Below, piece after piece: positions 29,407 through 39,734 of a stretch of 64,000 bases of DNA; the first letter of the stretch is position 1; the number at the start of each line of letters is the position of its first letter. This DNA is from Desulfuromonadales bacterium (GTDB taxonomy: Bacteria; Desulfobacterota; Desulfuromonadia; Desulfuromonadales; JACZKF01). The notes under the pieces are model-generated. The model had not been told where the DNA came from, ran no database searches, and saw only the letters and a list, made by a program, of their open reading frames with translations. The translations under genes and the position numbers were made by a program. The DNA lies in the NCBI GenBank assembly GCA_050485365.1, contig JBJHBH010000002.1, positions 1,788-65,787 of the forward strand, in the 5' to 3' direction.

Positions 29407-30159
29407 TCAGCCGATCAGGAGCTTGACGGCGAAGACGATCACCGTCGCGGTGACGACCTTCTTGATCCAGTCGTGCCCCTTTTTGACCGCCATGCGCGAG
29501 GCGAGCCATCCGCCGGTGCCGTTCCCCGCGGCCAGGGCGAGCCCGAGAACCCAGTCGACCTGCCCGTGGTAGGCGAAGACGGCCAGGGCCGGGACGGTGA
29601 ACAGGAGGATGACGACGATCTTCACCGCGTTGGTGCGCACCAGGTCGAAGCCGAAGGCCATGAGAAGCGGAATGATGAGGAAGCCGACCCCCGCCTGCAC
29701 GAATCCGCCGTAGATCCCGATGAAAAAGAAGGAGCCGAGCAGCAGCGCCAGGCGCGCGGGGGTGAAGTGCGCCTCCTCGGTACGCCGGTGCTTCATCGGG
29801 TCGATGACGGTGAAGACGAGCGCCCCCACCATGATGAAGGCCAGGAGGCGCTCGAAGGTGCGCTCGTCGATCTCCACCGCCCACCGCGCCCCGAGCCAGG
29901 CGCCCAGCAATGAGGGCGCGGTGCAGATCAGCGCCAGGCGCAGCGGCAGAACCTTTTGGCGGCGAAAGGAGGCGATGGCGGCGATGTTCTGGACGAGGAC
30001 CCCCACCCTGTTGGTGCCGTTGGCGGTGGCGGCGGGGAGCCCGATGAAGATAAGCATCGGCAGGGTCAGAAGCGAGCCGCCCCCCGCCAGAATGTTGAGA
30101 AACCCCGAGACGAAGCCGACCGCCACGAGGGCGGGGATGTGGAGGATCTCGGGGATCAT
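29407..30159 (-). CDS. TauE/SafE-family anion (sulfite/sulfoacetate-type) exporter
   Basis: Start at ATG 30159 (ATGA overlap with the tcdA stop). 250 aa, about 8 TM segments. 'GFLNILAGGGSLLTLPMLIFIGLPAATANGTN'. Confidence 0.75.
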   Translation of the reverse strand: MIPEILHIPALVAVGFVSGFLNILAGGGSLLTLPMLIFIGLPAATANGTNRVGVLVQNIAAIASFRRQKVLPLRLALICTAPSLLGAWLGARWAVEIDERTFERLLAFIMVGALVFTVIDPMKHRRTEEAHFTPARLALLLGSFFFIGIYGGFVQAGVGFLIIPLLMAFGFDLVRTNAVKIVVILLFTVPALAVFAYHGQVDWVLGLALAAGNGTGGWLASRMAVKKGHDWIKKVVTATVIVFAVKLLIG

Positions 30160-30920
30160 TCCCCGAGCAGCGTTCGGATCGTCTCGCCCGCCATCGTCAG
30201 GCCGAACAGAGGCGGGATGTAGGAGGACGTCCCCAATATGACGCGGCGGTCGGTGCAGCTCCACAGCTGATCGTCGCGGTTGGGGCAGACGCAGTTCTCG
30301 GCGCAGGCGGCCGTTTCGGAGCCCAGGGGGCGGAACTCCTCGGTGGAGTAGACGACGCGGATCCCCGAGTCGACGCCGCGGCGGCGAAGCTCCTTGCGCA
30401 GAATGCGCGCCAGGCGGCATTTTTGCGTCTCGAAGAGGTCGGCAACGGCGATCTTGGTCGGATCGAGCTTGTTGGCCGCCCCCATGGAGGAGATGACGGG
30501 GAGGCCACGCTCGCGGCAGCTCTGCAGCAGGTGCAGCTTGGCGGTGATGTGGTCGATGCAGTCGAGGACGTGGTCGTACCCGCGCCCCAGAAGCTCATCG
30601 GCGCTCTCGGCCTTGAAGAAGGCCTTCAACGGCTCGATCTCGATCTGCGGGTTGATGGCGCGGCAGCGCTCGGCCATGACCTGCACCTTGGCGCGCCCGA
30701 TGGTGCCGTCGAGGGCGTGGATCTGGCGGTTGACGTTGGTGAGGCAGATGTCGTCGAAGTCGATGAGGGTGAGGCGCCCCACCCCCGCGCGGGCGAGCGC
30801 CTCGGCGGCGAACCCTCCCACGCCCCCGACGCCAAAGACGGCGACGGAGGCGCTCTTGAGCCGATCCATCCCCGCCTTGCCGACGAGAAGCTCCATGCGT
30901 GAAAAGCGGTGTTGATCCAT
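30156..30920 (-). CDS. tcdA: tRNA threonylcarbamoyladenosine dehydratase (ThiF/E1-like)
   Basis: 'VAVFGVGGVGGFAAEALARAGVGRLTLIDFD.ICLTNVNRQ', 'SSMGAA', 'VVYS.E'. Confidence 0.8.
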   Translation of the reverse strand: MDQHRFSRMELLVGKAGMDRLKSASVAVFGVGGVGGFAAEALARAGVGRLTLIDFDDICLTNVNRQIHALDGTIGRAKVQVMAERCRAINPQIEIEPLKAFFKAESADELLGRGYDHVLDCIDHITAKLHLLQSCRERGLPVISSMGAANKLDPTKIAVADLFETQKCRLARILRKELRRRGVDSGIRVVYSTEEFRPLGSETAACAENCVCPNRDDQLWSCTDRRVILGTSSYIPPLFGLTMAGETIRTLLGE

Positions 30921-30940
30921 TTTTTGTAAATCCTTTGAGA

Positions 30941-31083
30941 GGCAGCAAGGGCAGGCTGAAGGGTGTTAGGCTGTTAGGCAAACCTAGACCCTTTGACTTT
31001 CCTTCATCTTTTGGTTCTGCTTTGCTTTTCCTTCAGCCTAAATACCTGCCCTTGCTACAGCCTGCCTTTTACAGCCTGCCTTT
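30941..31083. repeat. Long interrupted inverted repeat with word-repeat arms between tatD and tcdA
   Basis: 'agcaagggcagg' (30944-30955) pairs with 'cctgcccttgct' (31046-31057). 'ctgaagg' pairs with 'ccttcag' (31031-31037). Followed by tandem 'acagcctgccttt' x2. Confidence 0.6.
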
Positions 31084-31851
31084 AAAAATCCTCTTCGCAT
31101 TCTCCGTCGTCACCCGCGCCGTCTCCTCGATGCTCCAGCCGCGAAGCTGCGCCGCTTTGGCGGCGATGAGGGGGAGCCAGGCGGGGCGGTTCTCCTCGCC
31201 GCGGTGCGGGTGCGGAGGGAGGTCCGGCGCGTCGGTCTCCAGAACGATGGCGTGTGGTTCGATCTCCTGCAGAACCTGCGGCGCGCGCCGGGCGTTGGGA
31301 TAGGTGAGCGTCGCGCCGAAGCCGATGGCGAACCCGAGAGAGATTGCCTCCCGGGCGCTCTCGACGCTTCCCGAGTAGGCATGAAAGATTCCCCCCCGCT
31401 CGCCGGCCCCCTCCTCGCGCAGAATCTGCAGCACCCGCGCGATGCGCTTGCGGCAATGAATGAGCACGGGGAGCCCCGCCTCGGCCGCCACTCTGAGCTG
31501 GCCGCGAAAGGCGCGCTCCTGCACGGCGGCGGGCAGATCGACCATGGCGTCGAGACCGATCTCCCCGACGGCGACGACCCGGTCGTCCGTCACGATCTCC
31601 CGCAGGCGGGCGCAGATTTTCTCGCTCCACTCATCGGCGGCCTGGGGATGAAGTCCCGGCGCGGCGAAGACGCCGTCGAAGGAGCGCGCCAGCTCGAGCA
31701 GAGCGCCCCAGCCGCCGGAGCGCACTCCGGGGACGACGAAATGTGCGACCCCGGCGCGGCCCGCTTCGCGCAGCGCCTCGGGCACGCCGCGTTCGGGCGG
31801 GAGCGCGTCGAGATGGACATGAGTGTCGAAAAGCTCAGGAGAATCCGCCAT
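31069..31851 (-). CDS. tatD: TatD-family metal-dependent hydrolase/DNase
   Basis: Start at ATG 31851 (MADSPELFDTHVHLD). 'GEIGLD', 'VLIHCR', 'GIFHAYSGS', 'LETDAP'. Confidence 0.85.
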   Translation of the reverse strand: MADSPELFDTHVHLDALPPERGVPEALREAGRAGVAHFVVPGVRSGGWGALLELARSFDGVFAAPGLHPQAADEWSEKICARLREIVTDDRVVAVGEIGLDAMVDLPAAVQERAFRGQLRVAAEAGLPVLIHCRKRIARVLQILREEGAGERGGIFHAYSGSVESAREAISLGFAIGFGATLTYPNARRAPQVLQEIEPHAIVLETDAPDLPPHPHRGEENRPAWLPLIAAKAAQLRGWSIEETARVTTENAKRIFKGRL

Positions 31852-31976
31852 GACGGCGAGTCTAGCACAGCTGCCCCGCGGCGGGAAATCTCTTGTCACG
31901 GGGCGCAATCTGTGCTATCAGCCAAGGGATTGTTTTTTCAACAGACTCTCGCTTTTTCATACCAAGGGGTGCCGGG

Positions 31977-33707
31977 ATGACAGTCTCCTCCATCATGAAG
32001 ATTTCCTATCTCCAGCGCACGTTCTACATCACCCACCTCACCGGCTTTCTCGCGGGCATCTCCTTTCCTTTCATCGCCTACCCTTTGGTCGGCTCTCAAG
32101 CCTTCTCCCTCCCCTTCGTCGCCATCTGCCTGGCCATGGGTTTCGCCGTGGGGGCCATGATGTTCTTTTACGTTCTGATCACCCTGAAGAGCCAGCTGCG
32201 CCGCCAGCTCGACATTCTCGCCCCCCTCATCGGCAAGCTCGACCTGCCGGCCGAGACGGTTGAGGCGCTGCAGGAGTCGATGGAGAAGGCGGTGCTGCAG
32301 TTCCAGGGGCTCAACCGCAACTTTTTGACGACCATCGACCACTTCGTCCCCCACTACCGCTCCCTCGCCGACTCGAGCCGCTATCTGAGCGATCGGGCCC
32401 AGGACGGCATCCGGGCCGCCCAGGCGATCCGCAAGGACATCACCGCCATGGCGCAAAAGCAGGACGAGGTGATGCAGATGGTGCAGAACCTCACCGACCG
32501 GGCCCAGAACGAGGCGGCCATCTCGCGCGAGCTCTCGGCCTCGCTGGAAGAGATGGCGCAGGCGATGGAGATCTCCACCGCCAAGTTCCTCGAAACCACC
32601 ACCAGCGTCGACGAGATGACCTCGAGCGTTCGCGAAACGGCGGCCCAGACCGACGACATCGCCCGCTCGGTGGAGGGGACGGCGAGGGATCTCGAATCGA
32701 TCGGCGGGGCGCTGGAGCGCATCCGCAACGGCTCGTTTTCCGGCGCCCGCATCACCGAGACGGTGAAGAAGGACGCCGAGTCCGGCCTGCAGGTGGTGCG
32801 CGCCTCGATGGAGGAGATGGAGCGCATCGAGCAGGAGAGCCGCCGGGCGAGCGGGGCGATGGAGCGCCTGTCGCGCCAGACGGGCGAGGTGGTCAAGATC
32901 ATCGAGGTGATCAAGGAGCTCGTCTCGGACACCGAACTGCTCGCCTTCAACGCCGCCATCATCGCCGCCAAGGCCGGCGAGGAGGGGAAGGGCTTTTCCG
33001 TCGTCGCCGAGGAGATCCGCGACCTGGCCGACCGCACCACCTCCAGCGCTCAGGACATTCACCGCATCGTCAAGGCGATCGGCGGCGACACCCGCGAGGT
33101 CACCGAGGCGGTCGAGGCGACGAGCAAGCGCATCGCCCGCGGCAAGGAGCTCTCCCTCTCCACCGGTCAGGCGCTGCGCAAGATCGTGCAGAGCTCCAGC
33201 GAAGCGGCGCTGGCCAGCGACGAGATCGCCAACCTCACCCTCGCCGAGGAGAAGCGCGCCCGCGCCCTTCTCGACGACGCCGGACGCAGCCTGCGCTCGG
33301 TGAAGGCCATCGCCCGCACCATGCGCGAGCAGCAAAACGCCATCGCCCGCATTCAGGACGGCGTCTCCGAGATGAAGGGGGCCGCCGATCTCATCGCCCG
33401 GGGGATGGAGGAGCAGGTGCGCGCCAACCGCGAGTTCGACAGAGGGCTGCTCGATCGCGAGAGCCAGATCCAGGCGATCCACGCCGCGACGTCGTTCCAG
33501 CAAAGCACCGTCAAGCTCGTCTTCGCCCATTTCGAATCGTCCGAAGAGCGCCTGCGCCGAAACACCGAGCGCTCTCAGATCATCCTGCGCGAGATCGCCG
33601 AGCTCGAGGTTCTGGCCGAGACGCTGCGCGAGCTCGTCTCGACCTTCGAGGGGCGCATCGCTTCTTCCTACGCCCACGCCCCGGCGCTCCAGGCCCCCGA
33701 GGCCTGA
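31977..33707 (+). CDS. Methyl-accepting chemotaxis protein without an obvious periplasmic ligand domain
   Basis: Start at ATG 31977. Two closely spaced N-terminal TM segments. Conserved MCP signalling hairpin '[35 protein letters not shown]'. Confidence 0.85.
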   Translation: MTVSSIMKISYLQRTFYITHLTGFLAGISFPFIAYPLVGSQAFSLPFVAICLAMGFAVGAMMFFYVLITLKSQLRRQLDILAPLIGKLDLPAETVEALQESMEKAVLQFQGLNRNFLTTIDHFVPHYRSLADSSRYLSDRAQDGIRAAQAIRKDITAMAQKQDEVMQMVQNLTDRAQNEAAISRELSASLEEMAQAMEISTAKFLETTTSVDEMTSSVRETAAQTDDIARSVEGTARDLESIGGALERIRNGSFSGARITETVKKDAESGLQVVRASMEEMERIEQESRRASGAMERLSRQTGEVVKIIEVIKELVSDTELLAFNAAIIAAKAGEEGKGFSVVAEEIRDLADRTTSSAQDIHRIVKAIGGDTREVTEAVEATSKRIARGKELSLSTGQALRKIVQSSSEAALASDEIANLTLAEEKRARALLDDAGRSLRSVKAIARTMREQQNAIARIQDGVSEMKGAADLIARGMEEQVRANREFDRGLLDRESQIQAIHAATSFQQSTVKLVFAHFESSEERLRRNTERSQIILREIAELEVLAETLRELVSTFEGRIASSYAHAPALQAPEA

Positions 33708-33969
33708 GCTCTCTCTCCCCCCGCCCTCACCCCTTCCGTCGACGCCGCCTCCATCGGGCAACTTCGATAGAACAATTTTTTACTGATCACGTCCGCTTCG
33801 CACACACAAAGACTCCCCCCTTAAAGGGGGACAAGGGGGGGACTTGAGACATCCCGAAGCAATTAAGCCCATGCCTCCTCCATTATTCAATTGCAATTAA
33901 CAAACATTGTTTTAAAATATTGTTGTCCGTCGGCCGAATTCGTCTCTTCTTGAGGGGAAGGAACAGGGT

Positions 33970-35976
33970 ATGGGGGGACTCGGAATGAGAGAGTGGTCGC
34001 TGAGGACCCGCCTGACCGTCCTCTTCTCGGTGCTGACGGGGGCGATCCTGTGCGTCGTGGCCGTCGCTGCGCTGCGTCACTTCGAAAACGAGTACCGCAG
34101 GACGTCCGCCAAAAACCAGCACTCCCTCACGGCCGCCATGGCCCGAGAAGCCGACAGCCGGCTTCAGGCGGCCGTGGTGCAGCTTTCGTCCGTGGCCGAG
34201 GCGTACCCGCGCGACGCCCTCGGCGATCCCCCCACGGCCGAACAGACCCTCTCGGCTCAGAAGGGGGCCCTGGTGACGTTCGACAGGGGGATCCTCCTGC
34301 TGTCGCCGCGCGGGCCTCTCGGCTTCGTCGGCCCATCCCCTCCCCCCACCTTCGCCGAGGCGTTTGAATTCAGCGCTTTGGCACGAAACGGCGCGCCGCA
34401 TCTGTACGGCCCCTTTCCCGATGAGTCGAGCACCCGGGCGCATATCGTCGTCGCGGCGCCGATTCGCGATGAAGACGGGGCGACGACGGCCGTTCTGCTC
34501 GGCGGGTTCGACGCCACGGCCGATCGCCTCCTGGGCTCCCTCCCCGATCTTCGCATCGCCGAAGGGGGGCATTTCTTCCTGCGAGGGCCGGATCACGGCG
34601 TCTCTCTGAGCGGCGCGCCGGTGCGCGAAGCAGCCGCCGCGAAGGCGCTCCTCTCCGAGGCCCCCCTCGCCGTCGCCGGGTGGAGCCTCTCGGCCGAGAT
34701 TTCCCTCCCCCAAGCCCCCATCCGCAGCGCCCGCCTCTATATCGTCGGAGCCCTCGGCGCGCTGGCCCCCCTTTGCACCCTCATCGTCTGGCTCTTCATG
34801 CGCCGGCTGACCGCACCGCTGGCGCAGATCGGCTCCCGGGTCAAGGCCATCACCGAAGGGGAGACCGAACTGGCCCCGCTGCCCGTCGCTCCGCATGAGG
34901 AGATCGCCCTGCTGACCAACGCCTTCAATACCATGCAGGAAGAGATCGTTCGTCGAGGCAGGGCGATCGAGGAACAGAAGGAGTTCGCCGAGGCGCTGGT
35001 TCAATACGCCGCGGCGCCGATCTTCGTGATCGACCGCCATCACAAAGTGATCTCCTGGAACAAGGCGTGCGAGGAGCTGACGGGGCTTTGCGCCGCCGAG
35101 CTCAAGGGGACCGACCTTCAGTGGCGCGGATTTTACGAGCACCCCCGTCCCTGCCTGGCCGATTTCGTCGTGGAGAGCCGCTACGATGAGCTCTCCGACT
35201 ACTTCAGCGCCCACTCTCCGGCGCGCCTCGTCGGCGAGGGGCTGCAGGCCGAGGGGTGGCGCAAGACCCCCGGGGGGCGAGTCTGCTACCTGATCTTCAG
35301 CGCCGCCCCCATCCGCAACAACCGCGGCGAAATCGTCGCCGCCATTGAAACCCTCGAGGACATCACCGAGCGAAAGAATGCCGAAACGCGCCTGAAGCAG
35401 ATGGCCCACTTCGACTTTCTCACCGGGCTCCCCAACCGGGCGCTCTTTTTCGACCGCCTCGAGGTGGGGGTCGACGAAGCGAAGCGCTACGGGCACCGGA
35501 TCGCCCTGCTCTTCATCGACCTGAACGGCTTCAAGGAGATCAACGACAGCCTCGGACACGACGCCGGAGACGTGGCCCTCGCCGAGCTCGCCCAACGCCT
35601 CAAAGGGTGCGTGCGCACCTGCGACACGGTGGCGCGCATGGGGGGCGATGAGTTCACCGTCATTCTGGGCCGCATCACCGAGCCGAAGGAGGCCGCCCTG
35701 GTCACCCGCCGCATCGCCGACGCCTTCGCCTCGCCGGTGTGCAGCGGCGACCTCGTTCTGACTCTCGGGGCGAGCATCGGCATCAGCGTCTATCCCGAGG
35801 ACGGCACCGACGGGGCGACGCTGCTGAAAAAAGCGGACACGGCCATGTACCGCGCCAAGGCGCGGGGCGGGGGGATTCTCTTCGCCGCCGAAGGGGAACC
35901 GTTCTACCGGATCGACGAGGAGCCCTGGCAGGACGAAGGGGAGGGAAACGCCCGGAAAGAGGGGATCGGAAGTTGA
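33970..35976 (+). CDS. Membrane sensor diguanylate cyclase (periplasmic region - HAMP-like - PAS - GGDEF)
   Basis: 'DFLTGLPNR', I-site 'RTCD' and 'RMGGDEFTVIL'. PAS 'IFVIDRHHKVISWNKACEELTG'. No EAL or HD-GYP domain. Confidence 0.9.
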   Translation: MGGLGMREWSLRTRLTVLFSVLTGAILCVVAVAALRHFENEYRRTSAKNQHSLTAAMAREADSRLQAAVVQLSSVAEAYPRDALGDPPTAEQTLSAQKGALVTFDRGILLLSPRGPLGFVGPSPPPTFAEAFEFSALARNGAPHLYGPFPDESSTRAHIVVAAPIRDEDGATTAVLLGGFDATADRLLGSLPDLRIAEGGHFFLRGPDHGVSLSGAPVREAAAAKALLSEAPLAVAGWSLSAEISLPQAPIRSARLYIVGALGALAPLCTLIVWLFMRRLTAPLAQIGSRVKAITEGETELAPLPVAPHEEIALLTNAFNTMQEEIVRRGRAIEEQKEFAEALVQYAAAPIFVIDRHHKVISWNKACEELTGLCAAELKGTDLQWRGFYEHPRPCLADFVVESRYDELSDYFSAHSPARLVGEGLQAEGWRKTPGGRVCYLIFSAAPIRNNRGEIVAAIETLEDITERKNAETRLKQMAHFDFLTGLPNRALFFDRLEVGVDEAKRYGHRIALLFIDLNGFKEINDSLGHDAGDVALAELAQRLKGCVRTCDTVARMGGDEFTVILGRITEPKEAALVTRRIADAFASPVCSGDLVLTLGASIGISVYPEDGTDGATLLKKADTAMYRAKARGGGILFAAEGEPFYRIDEEPWQDEGEGNARKEGIGS

Positions 35977-35992
35977 ACGATGCGAAAAAATC

Positions 35993-36127
35993 GGTATTTA
36001 TTCGCCTTGTGGGGTCGCGGCTCACATGACAAGGTGTCTGGCGCCATGGACGGCGCCAGTCAAGCGGCCATGGACGGCGAAAAGCGTCCCTTGGCATGGG
36101 AGTTGGGACCCCATGCTGAACAGTTAC
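35993..36127 (+). repeat. Structured intergenic repeat, copy A (long subtype)
   Basis: 135 nt between convergent GGDEF genes. About 90% identical to copy B. Contains the internal 24-nt duplication 'atggacggcgccagtcaagcggcc'. Confidence 0.9.
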
Positions 36128-36139
36128 AAAATCCGAAGC

Positions 36140-39100
36140 TCACAGCCCCTCGTGACCCACCCGGTTGCGCCCCTCGTCTTTGGCGCGATAGAGGGCCCGG
36201 TCGGCGCGGGCGAGGGCTTCGACCCGCTCGTCCTCTTTCCTCAGCAGGGTCACTCCCACGCTCAGCGTCACCCGAATGTCGTCGGCGCCGCTTCGGGCGG
36301 GCGTCTGCGCGAAGGCGTCGCGCAGACGCTCGGCGAAGCGCAGCGCCCCCTCGCCGTCGGTGCCGGGGAGCAGAACGGCGAACTCTTCGCCGCCCAGCCT
36401 GCCGATGAGGTCGATCTTGCGCAGCATCTGCTGAGCGAGCCGGGCGAAGTGCTTCAGAACGTCGTCGCCGGCGGCGTGCCCGTAGGTGTCGTTGACGCGC
36501 TTGAAGCGGTCGAGATCGACCATGAGCAGGGCCACCGGCTTTCCGAGGCGCTTGAAGCGCGCCAGCTCGTGGTCCATACGCTCCAGAAAAAAGCGCCGGT
36601 TGGCGACCCCGGTGAGAGCGTCGGTAGTGGCGAGGCGCCGCAGCTCGGCCTCGTAGGCCTTGCGCTCGGTGAGGTCCTGAAAGACGACGACGGCGCCGTC
36701 GCGCTCTCCATCCTCCTCGACGGGGTTGACGACAAGCTGCACCGCAAAGCCGGTGCCGTCCTTGCGGATGAACCACTCCTCGGCGCGGCGCGAGAGCCCG
36801 TCCTCGATGGTGCGGAAGATCGGGCACTTGGCGGCGGGATAGTCACTGCCGTCGGGGCGGTGGTGGTGAAAGAGGGCGTGCGGGTCGGCATCGAGAACTT
36901 CGGCAAGGGTGAAGCCGAGCATCCGCAGCGCCGCGGGATTGACGAAGGTGAGCTTCCCCGTGCGGTCGACGCCGTAGATCCCCTCCCCCGCCGCCATGAG
37001 CAGCACCTTGTTGCGCCGCGAGAGGCGCTCGACTTCGGCCCGAGCGGCGCGCTCCTCGCCGACGAGCTCCCCCAGCCGCTCGTTGACCCGGAGCAGCGCC
37101 GATTCGGCGCGCTTTCGCGCGGCGGTGTCCCACGCGAGGTCGGCCAACAGCGAGACGGTTTCCACATCCCACGAGGTGTAGTTCTCGGTCTTGTTCCCCA
37201 CCCCGAGGATCGCCACGATCGACTCTCCCCGAAAGAGCGGAACGACGAGCTGTCGCTCGATGGGCACATGCCCTTCGGGGAGCCCCCGGCGGTGGAGCAA
37301 GGCGGCGTAGTCGTTGTGGATGATCGCCCGGCCCTCGCGCACGCAGTCGACCCAGACCCCGGCCTTCTCCACGTCGTAGTGCATTCCCGCCCCATCCATG
37401 GTGCAGGCCCTATGCAGCGTCGCGCTCGACCACATCTGCAGTTCCAGCGTCTGTTGGTCTTCGCGCAGAAAATGGAAAAAGCCGATGCGGCTCGCGGTCA
37501 GCCGCTCGGCCTGGTCGATCGTCTCGCGCAGAAACTCCTCCAGCGAATGGGTCAGGGCGTAGTCGATCAGGTGCAGGCGCGCCCGGGAGAGGGCGTCCGC
37601 TCGCCGCCGCTCGGTGATGTCCTGCAGGCTGAACTGGAGCAGCTGCCGTCCCTGATGCTGAAAAGCCATCAGGTGCACCTCGGCGTCCCAGATCTCTCCG
37701 TCGGGGCGTCGGTGACGCCACTCGAAACGGTGCGATCCCCCCGCGCGGGCAGCCTCGATGCGGCCCTGCGCCGCCTCGGCCGACGCCGTCCCGTCGGGCT
37801 GCAGCGGAGCCGAGACGTCCAGCGGACTCCGACCCACGAGCGCCTTCGCGTCCTCGACGCGATACAGCCGAAGCGCTGCGGCGTTGCAGTCGATGAAGCG
37901 GCCGCCCGCCGGGTCCATGACCACCATGGCGACATGCGATTCGGCGAAGAGGAGCCGGTTGTACGCCTCGCTCTCGCGCAGGGCCTTTTCGGCCTCAATG
38001 CGGGTGGTGATGTCGTGGATGATGGAGAAGAGGAGCGTTCCGTTTTCAGTCTCGATGGGCGAGGAATGGACCTCGACGGTGCGGACCTCGCCGTCGGCGA
38101 GGCGATGGGGAAAGATGAAGTAATTGCGCCTCTGCTCGAGGGCGTTTCGTCGCTCGGCGGCGATCTGCTCCTCACCGAGCATGTTGATCTCGGCGACGCT
38201 CATCGCGCGCAGGAGATCGGCCGGATAGCCGTAGAAGCGCGCGGCGGCGGCGTTGGCGTCGACGATCCTCCCGGAGGCGGGATCGACCAGGAGCATTACC
38301 GCATCGTGGCGGTGAAACAAGCCCCGGAAATGCTCTTCGCTTCGGCGAAGCTCGGCGGTCACGTCATCGATGCGGCGCTGCAGGCTGTTGCGGGTGGCGC
38401 CGTAGAGCCAAAGCAGAAGAAGCTGAGAAGCGACGTATCCGCCGACAAGCGCCGCCGCATCGACGCGGCGGTGACGCTCGTGGGCGGCGAAGGGCTCGGA
38501 ACGGTCGCGCCAGACGACGACCATACCGACAGGGGGGCGCGCCGGATCGCGTCCATGAAGGTAGTCGTGAAGGGGGAAGGTGGTCACATGCCAGCGCCGC
38601 CCGCCCCAGGCGGCCTTGAAAGAGCGGAGCGGCTCTTCGCCCAACGGCACGGATCCGCTCATCAGCCACGGCGTCGCCTCGGAGCGGGACGTCGATGCCA
38701 GATAGCTCCCCGTCTTCTCGATCAGGGGGCCGTTCAATCCGAGGTATTCCGCCCAGACGGTCTCCTCCACGACGCGGCGTTCGAGCAGGACGGCGACCCC
38801 GGCGTCGGCGAGGCGATCGAAGTACTCGACCTGCGAGCGAAGCGACATCCCCGCCTCCAGCACACCGATGCGTCCTCCCTGCGGGTCTTTGACGGGCACC
38901 ACCGCCCGCAGCCCCGAGAAGGCGCGGCCGATCTCGAAGCCGCTGCGGGGAATTCCGTCGGCGTTGACGTCCTCGATGACGGCACGCACCCCGTCGAGGC
39001 GGTCGCCGAAGCGCTCGGGGGCGTGCACCCGCAGAAACGACTTCGCGCCGGGTCCGAGGTGAAAATGGAGCTGCTGCGCGCCGAATTGCCGCTGCAGATC

Positions 39101-39430
39101 GCTCCAGCTCGGCCCCAGGTGCTCCAACAACTCGGCGCGCGCACGCGCCGCCCTCTCTCCACCCGGCCCCTCGGCCTCACCTTCCTTCCCGTCGAGAAAG
39201 GCGCGCCGGACCTTGGGGTCTGCGGCGACGAAGGAGGCGAGAACGTACATCTGGCGCTCTAGCTGAGCTTCGGCGATGCGAAAGAGGTCCTGTAGCTCGG
39301 CGGATTCGCGGTGGAGACGCCGCTCGAACTCCGCAGCGTCTCGGTGCCAGAAAAAGACGCCGATGCACAGGAAAAAGGCCGCCAGCAGGACGGAAGGGAA
39401 GAGAGTATTTCTCAGCGAGAATTTCTTCAT
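36140..39430 (-). CDS. Large multi-domain sensor diguanylate cyclase (periplasmic domain, PAS x3-4, GAF, GGDEF)
   Basis: Start placed at ATG 39430 (MKKFSLRNTLFPSVLLAAFFL; the GTG at 39475 is an alternative). PAS blocks, GAF-like block 'RIGFFHFLREDQQTLELQMWS', I-site 'RKID' and 'RLGGEEFAVLL'. Confidence 0.9.
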   Translation of the reverse strand: MKKFSLRNTLFPSVLLAAFFLCIGVFFWHRDAAEFERRLHRESAELQDLFRIAEAQLERQMYVLASFVAADPKVRRAFLDGKEGEAEGPGGERAARARAELLEHLGPSWSDLQRQFGAQQLHFHLGPGAKSFLRVHAPERFGDRLDGVRAVIEDVNADGIPRSGFEIGRAFSGLRAVVPVKDPQGGRIGVLEAGMSLRSQVEYFDRLADAGVAVLLERRVVEETVWAEYLGLNGPLIEKTGSYLASTSRSEATPWLMSGSVPLGEEPLRSFKAAWGGRRWHVTTFPLHDYLHGRDPARPPVGMVVVWRDRSEPFAAHERHRRVDAAALVGGYVASQLLLLWLYGATRNSLQRRIDDVTAELRRSEEHFRGLFHRHDAVMLLVDPASGRIVDANAAAARFYGYPADLLRAMSVAEINMLGEEQIAAERRNALEQRRNYFIFPHRLADGEVRTVEVHSSPIETENGTLLFSIIHDITTRIEAEKALRESEAYNRLLFAESHVAMVVMDPAGGRFIDCNAAALRLYRVEDAKALVGRSPLDVSAPLQPDGTASAEAAQGRIEAARAGGSHRFEWRHRRPDGEIWDAEVHLMAFQHQGRQLLQFSLQDITERRRADALSRARLHLIDYALTHSLEEFLRETIDQAERLTASRIGFFHFLREDQQTLELQMWSSATLHRACTMDGAGMHYDVEKAGVWVDCVREGRAIIHNDYAALLHRRGLPEGHVPIERQLVVPLFRGESIVAILGVGNKTENYTSWDVETVSLLADLAWDTAARKRAESALLRVNERLGELVGEERAARAEVERLSRRNKVLLMAAGEGIYGVDRTGKLTFVNPAALRMLGFTLAEVLDADPHALFHHHRPDGSDYPAAKCPIFRTIEDGLSRRAEEWFIRKDGTGFAVQLVVNPVEEDGERDGAVVVFQDLTERKAYEAELRRLATTDALTGVANRRFFLERMDHELARFKRLGKPVALLMVDLDRFKRVNDTYGHAAGDDVLKHFARLAQQMLRKIDLIGRLGGEEFAVLLPGTDGEGALRFAERLRDAFAQTPARSGADDIRVTLSVGVTLLRKEDERVEALARADRALYRAKDEGRNRVGHEGL

Positions 39431-39734
39431 ATCATGCGTCGCGGCGTAAAGGTGGGGTGTTGAGACGATTCTCACCCATACCGCCGCCGTTGTCTAGGAT
39501 TTCCGACCGCGCTCGCCAAAAGGATGAAACCGCGGCGCCGAAGGGACCGAAAAGCGGACCATCGGCCGGACAACTGCTTCGATCTTCGTCTGTTTTCGGT
39601 TGAAATGAGCCTTGGGGTGGGCCTATACTGTGGCGGTCCGATTGAATGAAAATGGAGGGCCGCTCCCCCCTCACGCTTCGCCGCGCAACAACGCGAAGGT
39701 CCCGTTTCATCCCCTTCACTCCCGATCAGGTATC

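Noticed and set aside
31902-31915. 'GGCGCAATCTGTGC' with GG-N10-GC spacing upstream of the MCP gene
   Set aside because: It keeps only the dinucleotides and spacing (GGCGC instead of GGCAC). In GC-rich DNA this is expected by chance fairly often, and no adjacent bEBP supports it.
35993-36127. Possible peptide encoded by the intergenic repeat ('..GEKRPLAWELGP..' conserved in one frame; the 24-nt indel is a multiple of 3)
   Set aside because: No consistent start codon or RBS. Copies occur in both orientations relative to transcription. Differences between copies are paired (helix-preserving) rather than synonymous.
36026-39262. 1078-aa + strand ORF opposite the large GGDEF sensor gene
   Set aside because: The minus-strand product has PAS, GAF and GGEEF motifs and a sensible TM start. 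The + strand product is featureless and begins inside repeat copy A.
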